This document shows positions 1 through 7,672 of a stretch of 10,944 nt of DNA, one piece after another; positions within the stretch are counted from its first letter, which is position 1; every line of letters starts with the position of its first letter. Under the pieces are notes generated by a model that saw only the letters and a list, made by a program, of their open reading frames with translations, was not told the DNA's origin and ran no database searches. The stretch lies in NCBI RefSeq assembly GCF_006345805.1, contig NW_021827333.1:1-10944 (forward strand), written 5' to 3'. Source of the DNA: Octopus sinensis (Eukaryota). The position numbers and the translations under genes are program-made.

Positions 1-1112
1 TCTACGTATGTTGCAAATAATAATAAAATAATATTATGGCATTCAGAAAAAAAATCAATAAGGCAAATCGAAGAACGTTTCAAAAGCACCTTTGTCAAAG
101 CTATCGAATCGAGGGCGTGTCCCTAGGGTGTTGGAATGTCATACTTGAAAATTTGAATTCTAAATTCGGAGATAAAATTTCCCTGTTCGAATATAGAAAG
201 CTTGAGTAATGTCTCAAAAAGCAACTATCTTATGCTGATGTGGAGCAGTCGAACAAGATGGAGCAGAGTGGGTGTGATGCAGGACTGTTCGCTTGCTGCA
301 AACTAACGTTCGTGCAACAGTTGAGGAAAATATTGTCGATCGATCATTCCTTCCGAAAATGTACAAAAAGATTGAACTTCCCTTTATTGGAGTATCTTAA
401 TCGTTTGATGACTGCCTATATCAATGAGAATCCACCTAACTCACTGGACCAGATTTTGACAATAGTGTTGGGAAGAACTTCTAGGATGCCCAGATATGGG
501 TGGCCTACCCTGCTTCAGTGCTTCAATCGTTAGATGCACTGAAGAAGCTGGCCAAGACCCCTTCTCCTAGCTCGCGGGGGAGGACTGCCGCTGGGTTACG
601 CCGTCAGGATGCCCCCGTGTTCCGAGCAACATGAGTACCAGAGTAGTGAGTTATTGCTACTCTAGCAGATTAAGGAGATATTTAGTAGGCACATCTCTGC
701 GAATCGTGTTGTCCCCCTTGCGGACCGCAGAGTGACCTAAAAGATACTTCGGTGGCAACTCAGGAGTGACGTGATGGGTTGCATCAATCGTGCACGTCTT
801 CGCAAGGGTGTGTCGTTTCCGTTTTGTGGACCCGATGCTCCCTTGATGACCGAGTCTTGTGGTGTCTCTGACATCCGCAAGAAGTTCGATGAAGCAGTAA
901 CCCGTCTTTCTGACTGGAAGACACCTGGGGTCGATAAGGTGTATAATTTCTTTATAAAAAATTGCAAACCTATCCATGATTGCAAGTGTTGAGCAATCGA
1001 ACAGTTTACACTAGACTCTGGCTCGATTCCAGAGTGGTTATGTACTGCCTACCTCGTTGAGTGTCTGCGAAGGCTTAAGTTTCCTTCGTGGTTTATCAAA
1101 GATGTTTCAACT

Positions 1113-1553
1113 GTGATGAACAGGTGGAATGTGCATCTACACTACAACAAATGCGATATAGGCGAGGTGAAGCTAGAGAGGGGCATATTACAGGCCGACA
1201 GCATGTCTCCGCTGCTGTTTGTTTTCTGCCTAGAACCGCTGAGTAGAGTCCTCACTGCCCAATTCGAACAAATGTCGATCGAACATGAAGGAGGGTGTTT
1301 TAGCACCAACCATCTCATGTTCATAGACGACATTAAACTGTTCGCTCGGTCTTCAGAGATCCTCCATTCGATGGGCAATGTCATGGAAGGTTTCATGAAG
1401 GCCGTGGGTGTGGAACTCAACTACAACAAGTCGGCGACTAACACCCCTGTGTGCGGTGACCTAGTCAAAGTCTTGGAGAAACACCAAGGGTATAAGTATC
1501 TTGGTGTGGTTGAGAGCTCAGCCATTAATCAAACGAAACGAGAAAGTGTGTAG
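1113..1553 (+). pseudogene. Reverse transcriptase core fragment (motifs 4-7) of the R4-like element
   Basis: RGILQADSMSPLLF (QGD>QAD), FIDD catalytic motif, YKYLG; frameshift at ~1551. Confidence 0.9.
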
Positions 1554-2132
1554 TGGAGGGTGTGCGTAGTATGGCAGCAATTTTATGTAAAACTCGCCTC
1601 AATGCACGGAACTTATTTTATGCCTTGAACGAGTACGCCATCTCATTGCTAAATTACTACGTTGGCCTGATCGAATTCGAGCCGAGTGAGTACGATGAAA
1701 TGGACTTTATTGTCCGAAGAGTACTCCGAGAAAATCACGTCCACGTGTTGGCAAGCAATAAGGAGAGATTATACTTGTCTTGCGGGCAGCTAGGACGTGG
1801 ACTGAGTAACATCGTACACTTAAGTGAGCGAATTCTTACTAAGATGCACGACACCTTGTGGAGTGGTTAGAGTGTATCTCAAAGGAAGGCTGCCATCCTT
1901 GGTGCTGAAAAAGCGCGTGGTACACACCTAGGGACTATAAAAGGCTATGTGTCGGCTAAGTATGGTCTAGGTGCTACCCAAGTTAATGTGAAGGAGTTGA
2001 TCAAACTTCAAAAGGAATCCCTAATTAAAAAGATTAACTTAAAAGTTTTTCACAAGACTCTCTTTAGCAGCCTGGACAACCCGCACGTTAACGTGGCTGA
2101 AATATGGGAATAACTCTCCCCGATCAGAAGGG

Positions 2133-2414
2133 TTGTTCTCATATTTGCAGGATAGAAACTTTTTTAATGGTCAACGGAAACAGTGTAACCACTGTAAGAG
2201 TAAGGCAATGACCATTGACCATTTAGCCACAAAGTGCTGGAGTATGCTTTACCATGATTACACATGGAGGCATAACGAGCTGGTGAGGTCCCTCCATTTT
2301 TTGTTCTGCAATAAGAATGTCTTGAGGCGGTCCAGAAAGTTGCGAACCAATCGAGTTCAATTTGTGTGTGAGAAATCGCGGGTCTGCATTAAGGTGGATA
2401 CCCACATACGCACC
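2133..2414 (+). pseudogene. CCHC zinc knuckle and RHN helix preceding an RLE endonuclease (truncated)
   Basis: LQDRN..CNHCKSKAMTIDHLATKC..HDYTWRHNELVRSLH is the typical layout of RLE-clade C-termini. The GNNSPRSEGLFSYLQDRN frame begins at ~2108. Confidence 0.85.
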
Positions 2415-2454
2415 TCGATGTACCACTGCAAAGTTCATGTTCAGTTCAGTGAAA

Positions 2455-3026
2455 TAGTTTTTCCATTCCAAAATATAATGTTCTACAACGGCAGGTTATA
2501 TTTTGCACTTCAAATTCTCTAGTACCTCCATAGCTGGAAATATATAGTCAATTATAAAATTTCAATCATACGAATGACGGAAAATTAGAAAGAAATTCCT
2601 GCTATTCAAAATCTCAAGTACCCCAATGGCAGGAGATATTGAGATAATTCAAAATCTAAACTCCCCATTTAGCAAGAAATATATTACCATTTCAAATTCT
2701 AAAGTAATTGATATGGTGAGAGTTTTTTTGTCACCTGAAAATCTCTACCATTTCAAAATCTCAAGTATGCAAATATAGGGCAATATTCTGCCATTCCAAA
2801 ATCTCTAGTGCCCTATTGAAAGGAATTATCTAGCCATTTAAAAAATTAAAATAACCGTATACCGCTATATCTTTTGCCAATTTCAAAATCTCAAGTATGC
2901 GAATGTCGGGCAATATTTAGGATTTCAAAATCTCAAGAGCCTCAATGGCGGGAATTATTTAGCCAAATAAAAAATGAAATATTTTGTCAATTTGAAATCT
3001 CATGTACCCTAATACCGATAAATATC
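2455..3026 (+). repeat. Array of ~40-bp diverged monomers with core TTTCAAAATCTCAAG (left arm)
   Basis: The core recurs near 2605, 2650, 2690, 2752, 2793, 2881, 2923 and 2991. The GGAATTAT(C/T)TAGCCA landmark recurs at a 129-bp spacing. 2824-3025 aligns in inverted orientation to 8948-9151. Confidence 0.85.
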
Positions 3027-3107
3027 CAACCGAGAACCATTTCACAAGTCCCCGTAAGTGAGCAACGATGATTTGATAGTAATCCTCGACAAGAGTGTAA
3101 TCTATGC

Positions 3108-3238
3108 CGCTTAACTAGACTAGGCAACTTACCTTAACTAGTCAGTTAAATAGAAGTGGTCACCTTACCAAAACAAGACTAGCGCTTAACTAGGTTAGGC
3201 AACAACTACTCAGTGACTAGAAATAGTCACCCACCAAA
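3108..3238 (+). repeat. Imperfect ~70-bp tandem duplication
   Basis: CGCTTAACTAGACTAGGCAAC (3108) versus CGCTTAACTAGGTTAGGCAAC (3183); TAGAAGTGGTCACCTTACCAAA (3151) versus TAGAAATAGTCACCCACCAAA (3218). Confidence 0.65.
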
Positions 3239-3240
3239 TA

Positions 3241-4027
3241 CAGTCAAACCCCGGTTAGTCGCCACCCCACTTACTCGCCACCTCAGTTAGTCGCCACTTT
3301 TTTAACGAAAAATCAAATTTTATAAGAAGAATTCAGTTACTCCCCAGTTTCAGTTACTCGGCACTATTTTTAATTTTTTAATTTGAAATAAAATGGTTTA
3401 ATTTAAAACAATAAAATAATTTCCACATTTATTAACCATGGGGAAGTGTACTCGGTTATCTTTTGAGGAAAAGCAAAGAATCTTAAATTTCATTGATGAA
3501 AATAAGGCTCTTAGCTTAAATCGAATTGCCTAAATTTGCTCGATTATTTTGAAGAAAAAAATTTCCAGAAGATGCCTAAACGATCTAAAAATAAATAAAA
3601 GCGAAATAGCCTCTATTAATCCAATTTTTGGGGGAAAAAGTCGTTTATCTTGGGGAAAATTCCCTGCACTAGAATCGGAAGTTGTATCTTGGCTCGAGAA
3701 AATAGAATTGGCTGGAGGATTTCTTATGACAATGCAATTTTATTAAAAGCAAAAAGTATTGCAAGATTACATGGAATAACTGATTTTATGGGAAGATACG
3801 ATGTTTACTAAAAAAACAACATTGAACGATTATTTTAGTCTAAATTCGTAATTTGACTCATTATTTACGAAATAATGATTTTTTTATTATTTAATTTAAT
3901 TATTTTTAATTTTGTAAATATAAAATTTGATTAAAATTTGATATTGATTATTCAGTTGCTCGTCAAAATCAGTTACTCGCCATTTTTGGCTTGGTCCCAA
4001 ATTTGGCGAGTAAACGGGGTTTGACTG
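3241..4027 (+). mobile_element. Non-autonomous Tigger/pogo element (787 bp, internally deleted)
   Basis: TA at 3239-3240 and 4028-4029. The left end is CAGTCAAACCCCGGTTAGTCGCCA and the right end (reverse complement) is CAGTCAAACCCCGTTTACTCGCCA. Several subterminal (CAG)TTA(C/G)TCGCCA motifs are present, with transposase remnants inside. Confidence 0.93.
3438..3851 (+). pseudogene. Tigger-type transposase remnant: HTH_psq and CENP-B-type HTH fused to the C-terminal tail; DDE domain deleted
   Basis: ATG 3438 gives MGKCTRLSFEEKQRILNFID. There is an in-frame TAA at 3531, then KFPALESEVVSWL, a frameshift at ~3727 to DNAILLKAKSIARLHGITDFMG, and a jump at ~3795 to MFTKKTTLNDYFSLNS* (3801-3851). Confidence 0.88.
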
Positions 4028-4043
4028 TAGTTGATTAACTGAA

Positions 4044-4566
4044 AATGGCTAATACCCACGTTGGCCTGAGAACAACCCTTCAGATCCACGTTAATTCTTT
4101 GATTGAGAGGACGAGCGAATAGACAGGCAGTTTCCGCGCAATATCGCGAGAAAGCCAGCTAGACTCACGTCTCTCGTGACTCTTCCTTGAGATCATCAAG
4201 CCGATTTCCGAAAGGAACTCCAGGGCTTTTGGGCCGATTATCCCACTCGTCTCGAAAGCCAGAGGGACGAAAAGGCAGGTGTTCTCTAATGAGGCATACA
4301 ATGTGATTTTTTTTGTTTCGGCATGTGCGGACGCTGAGCCAGGGCGGGAGGCAGAGTCGATGAGAGATGACGAGGAAAACGAGTCGACACAGGTGACGTC
4401 CCAAACAAGAGCGAGTCCCCCCTTGAACGGGAATTGCGTGGACACATCGGGACGTTTTCCGTCACCACGGTCTAACCCAACCGGCTCCAGGACCGAAGGG
4501 ATTCCAGCGGCGTAAAGCGCGCGCTTGACAATATCATACAAGGCGGAATGTCTGGTATTAGCCATT
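4044..4566. repeat. 13-bp perfect inverted repeat pair AATGGCTAATACC (4044-4056) / GGTATTAGCCATT (4554-4566)
   Basis: The two copies are exact reverse complements and sit directly at both edges of the GC-richer endonuclease fragment. Confidence 0.85.
4057..4553 (-). mobile_element. 3' fragment of a CRE-like non-LTR retrotransposon: restriction-like (PD-D/ExK) endonuclease domain
   Basis: RHSALYDIVKRAL..GIPSVLEPVGLDRGDGKRPD..LVWDVTCVD..AETKK..FVPLAFETSG (ORF 4080-4595). The terminal AILRGNCLSI motif (AIQRGN-like) lies in another frame, 4147-4091, ending in TAA. Confidence 0.88.
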
Positions 4567-4654
4567 GTTACTTTCGGGTATTTTCCATTTAACATCGACT
4601 CAAAAAGTCAAATACAACACAAAGATCTGTGGCGACAAAGAGTCTCCTTGCAAA

Positions 4655-5765
4655 TTTCATACAGAGGTAAGATGGTTGTCACGTGGAAGGGTACTGCAAC
4701 GTTTGTTTGAATTACGAAACGAGCTTATTGTGTTCCTCAAGAAACGAAATTTTTCAATTTACACAAATTTGGAAAACAATATTTGGTTACAGAGATTTGC
4801 ATATTTGGTTTCAATTTATGAAAAACTGAATAAATTTACATTATCACTACAAGGAAAATATCAGACAGTTTTTATTTTAAATGAAAAAGTAATGGCCTTA
4901 AAACGGAAAATCGAATTTTGGCGATCATCTGTAGATGATAATATTGCATGCTTTGCCGTTTTACAAGAGTATCTCGAAGAATCAAAATCATCATTGGACA
5001 ATACAGTTCTTCAGGACATCAAAGATCATTTGATGATTTTGGACGATAACATTGCGAAATATTTTCCGGGTAAATTTGATGACGATTGGGTTCAAGAAGA
5101 GTTCCTTCCCCCTGAAAGATTGTGTCAGCAAAATCTACCAACAAGTGATTGCCCCGACGGTTGAGTATGCCTGCTCAGCTTGAGGTTTGCAATTGCTTGT
5201 TCGAAAGCGGAACGTTTGAACTCACTCAGAAGGAAGATTATGCTCCACACTGACACCGCAGTTGGCAGCCTTGCTTACGAGGAGGCGACGCGGAAGAATG
5301 GACAGGGTTTCCTACGTTTCTGCAAGGAACTGGGAAACCCATTCAAGGAAAAGGTGGCCCATGCAGAGGAATTTCGGTCGGTTATAAAGAAATGCACTCC
5401 GATTGAGTTCCTCTGCAGAAGAAAGAGAAGGCGTTTCCGGATTACGGTCGGGTCATCAGAAGATCATATAAGGAGAGTACGGCTGTTGTTGGAGGCAGGG
5501 ATCACCTAATTAGTTAGTTCGGACCTATCTTTCTTGGTGATCTTGGAGTTAATAAATAAATATGAGGATACAGTTGTCAACAATAACTCCTAACGTTACA
5601 CAACTATGCTATGATAAAAAATTACCCCAATGTTCACATTAAAATTGTTTTTGGTTATTACTATTATCTTTTAAGTGAAATTATAATAATTGAATTGGAG
5701 GGGTTCCGCAAAAAATTAATTAGCCCAAAAGGGTTCCGGGAGCACCTTAAGGTTGGGAACCACTG
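4655..5765 (+). mobile_element. 3' half of a Buster/Charlie-type hAT transposon, interrupted by a LINE fragment
   Basis: FHTEVRWLSRGRVLQRLFELRNE..LNKFTLSLQG..KRKIEFW (4655-~5090). The C-terminus MRIQLSTITPNVTQLCYDKKLPQCSH* is at 5562-5642. Subterminal GGGTTCCG occurs twice (5701, 5731). The right TIR GGTTGGGAACCACTG (5751-5765) is followed by ATCTACAG, which matches the Buster nnnTAnnn target consensus. No left TIR is seen in the window. Confidence 0.9.
5088..5561 (+). mobile_element. 5'-truncated LINE 3' end (probably APE-type; clade uncertain) with (TAAA)n tail
   Basis: RT thumb-like KIYQQVIAPTVEYACSA(W>TGA 5181), a frameshift into ORF 5180-5509, a short 3' UTR, and the tail TAATAAATAAAT (5550-5561). 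Composition is GC-richer than the flanking hAT. The left junction is uncertain within ~5086-5096. Confidence 0.72.
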
Positions 5766-5930
5766 ATCTACAGAGTTGAATGCTTTCTTCACATCAATCC
5801 ATGTAGAACATAATTTATTGGCATTCTCTTGGTTAATACACTGGTTAATTATTGCTTGTTCTTTTGCACCTTGGCACATTCTTCTTGTGCTTAGTTGATT
5901 GTCACTTATTAATCCAAAAGAATCAATATA

Positions 5931-6080
5931 CAGTCCGACCCCAAAATGGGGCAGACCCCAGGGGTGGGGCACCCTCGGATTTTGGGGCACCCCCGCAATT
6001 TGGGGCACTTTATTCCAAAAGTACATTTTGGCAGAAAAAAAATAAAAATCGATAAAAAATTATGGAATTTTTGGGGCACC
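5931..6080 (+). repeat. Left TIR and subterminal TGGGGCAC motifs (likely transposase-binding sites)
   Basis: TGGGGCA(C) at 5947, 5965, 5983, 6001 and 6072. Confidence 0.85.
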
Positions 6081-6176
6081 ATAAAATCATTTATAAGGAA
6101 TTAAAAATAAAATAAAATTATAATAAATTAATTATTTTTTGTTTTATTTTCAATTTATATTTTTATTGTTGTGGTT

Positions 6177-7436
6177 ATGGATTACGAAACTAAATTGAAG
6201 ATTGCTAAAGAAATTTTGAAGAAAAATTTATCTGAGAGGCAACTAATGAAAAAGTACAACACAAGTAAAGGAACAATATCAAGAATAAAACGAAATATTG
6301 TACCTTTCTTGCAACACGGCAATACTATTTCTGAGGAATATGACACATTTAAAGCCGATAAAGATAAATTTGATGATCAAGTCTTTGAAATATTTCAAAG
6401 ACTACGCGTAGATAAAATTCCGATTTCAGGCCCTATTTTGAAAAAAATTGCCTTAGTTACAGCTTCAAAAATTGGATTTACTTCTTTTAAAGCTTCCAAT
6501 GGGTGGCTTGATAGATTTAAATTGCGGCATGAACTTCAATTCAAGTCAATATGTGGTGAAAAAGCTTCATGTGATTTATCTTATGTGAAAAATTATTTTG
6601 AAAAATATGACCAGAAAGTATTAAAATATGGACCTGAGAATATATTTAATTGTGATGAAACTGCGCTTTTTATAAAAAGAACTCCTCAAAAATCATTTGT
6701 TGAACAAGGCGAACCGTGTTTTGGTTATAAACAAGGGAAAGAAAGACTCACTGTTCTTCTATGCTGCAGTTTAATCGGGGAAAAACTTAATCCATTGATT
6801 ATTGGAAAATATAAAAAACCTCGGTGTCTAAAAAATTTTGATGTTCAAGATTTTGGGTTATTGTATTCATCTTCTCAAAATGCATGGATGACTGGAAAGA
6901 CTTTTATGAGTTGGCTTACACTTATAAATGAATCGTTTTGCAAAAACAACAGAAAAATATTATTAATACTTGACAATGCGGGATGCCATAAAACTGCCGA
7001 ATGTTCGAACATCGAATTTTTATTTTTGCCGAAAAATACAACGCCCTATTTACAACCTTTGGATATGGGAATAATCAAGATTTTTAAAGATTATTATTCC
7101 TCTTTCTTAATGGAATTTTTATGTTTTCAAGATTTCGAAAACGATTTTACACATTCTATTGGTAAATTAAATTTGCGTCAGGTTATGATGCTAATTTCAA
7201 AAGGATGGGAGAAAATAGATGCTAAAAGTATTGTTAATTGTTGGAAGAAAATCGACAGGAACCGTGATTCTTATGCAACAAAAAACTGTCTAACAGATGA
7301 ACATTTAGATCAAGTTGTTAACGAAACAATTGATGGAGAATGCGAAGACATGAACAATAATGTTTATGATACATATTCAGAAACCGAAAATAGTGAAAAT
7401 GTCGTAGCAAAAACAAAAGATCTGCTTAACATTTAG
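6177..7436 (+). CDS. pogo/Tigger-family DDD transposase (HTH_psq, CENP-B-type HTH, DDE_1), 419 aa from the ATG; probable true C-terminus continues in the +1 frame to 7572
   Basis: Uninterrupted ORF with FKASNGWLDRFKLRH, NCDETALF, ILDNAGCH and LQPLDMGII. There are 29 residues between the 2nd and 3rd Asp (DD29D). The first ATG is at 6177; the ORF track starts at GTG 6171. Confidence 0.93.
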   Translation: MDYETKLKIAKEILKKNLSERQLMKKYNTSKGTISRIKRNIVPFLQHGNTISEEYDTFKADKDKFDDQVFEIFQRLRVDKIPISGPILKKIALVTASKIGFTSFKASNGWLDRFKLRHELQFKSICGEKASCDLSYVKNYFEKYDQKVLKYGPENIFNCDETALFIKRTPQKSFVEQGEPCFGYKQGKERLTVLLCCSLIGEKLNPLIIGKYKKPRCLKNFDVQDFGLLYSSSQNAWMTGKTFMSWLTLINESFCKNNRKILLILDNAGCHKTAECSNIEFLFLPKNTTPYLQPLDMGIIKIFKDYYSSFLMEFLCFQDFENDFTHSIGKLNLRQVMMLISKGWEKIDAKSIVNCWKKIDRNRDSYATKNCLTDEHLDQVVNETIDGECEDMNNNVYDTYSETENSENVVAKTKDLLNI

Positions 7437-7616
7437 AAGAAAAATTTCTAATGTTGCACCAAGTATGCTCCGAGATTTTTTTGATTTTCGGCTGAAATTG
7501 ACGAACAATATCAGACAAAACTCTACAAATAAAAAGAAAATAACTGAATATTTTAGTAAAAATGTTTTTTGATGTTTATTAATGGTTTAATTTTTAAAAA
7601 AATAACAAACCCCTGT

Positions 7617-7672
7617 TTTTGGGGCACCCCCGCATTTTGGGGCACTTGGTGCCCCATTTGGGGGTCGGACTG
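7617..7672 (+). repeat. Right subterminal direct repeat, hairpin and right TIR of the pogo element
   Basis: 7617-7647 matches 5980-6010 at 30/31 positions in direct orientation. TGGGGCAC-TTG-GTGCCCCA (7638-7656) is a perfect 8-bp stem. Confidence 0.88.

Larger units (their letters stand above)
36..2414 (+). mobile_element. Decayed R4/Dong-like RLE-type non-LTR retrotransposon; internally deleted and 3'-truncated
   Basis: One polyprotein can be followed through stops and frameshifts. The N-terminal frame runs from ATG 36 (one TAA at 207-209) into ORF 240-533. It is followed by RT domain 0 (LSDWKTPGVDKVYNFFIK, ~905-960), RT motifs GILQADSMSPLLF, HLMFIDDIKLF and YKYLG (ORF 1113-1553), LNARNLF..INEYAISLLNYY and RLYL..GQLGRGL (1553-1870), and the CCHC knuckle CNHC..TIDHLATKC plus YTWRHNELVRSLH (2133-2414). 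It breaks off after IKVDTHIRT, before the endonuclease PD..D/E catalytic residues. Confidence 0.9.
5931..7672 (+). mobile_element. Near-intact pogo-superfamily DNA transposon, 1742 bp
   Basis: TA duplication at 5929-5930 and 7673-7674. The 23-bp TIRs are CAGTCCGACCCCAAAATGGGGCA and CAGTCCGACCCCCAAATGGGGCA (22/23 identical). Removing the element restores the RT frame TCA GAG TAT ATT GAT TCT (SEYIDS). Confidence 0.96.

Noticed and set aside
657-1420. Minus-strand ORFs 657-977, 737-985 and 1142-1420
   Set aside because: These are antisense shadows of the R4-like coding region with no recognisable motifs.
2874-3071. 65-aa ORF
   Set aside because: It lies within the monomer array and is an incidental open frame.
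4165-4710. ORFs 4165-4404, 4279-4515, 4286-4468 and 4525-4710
   Set aside because: These are alternative frames over the GC-richer RLE fragment and its junction.
5664-6026. 120-aa minus-strand ORF as a gene
   Set aside because: It is a chance chimera of the pogo left end, RT motifs 2-3 and the hAT TIR; there is no evidence of function.
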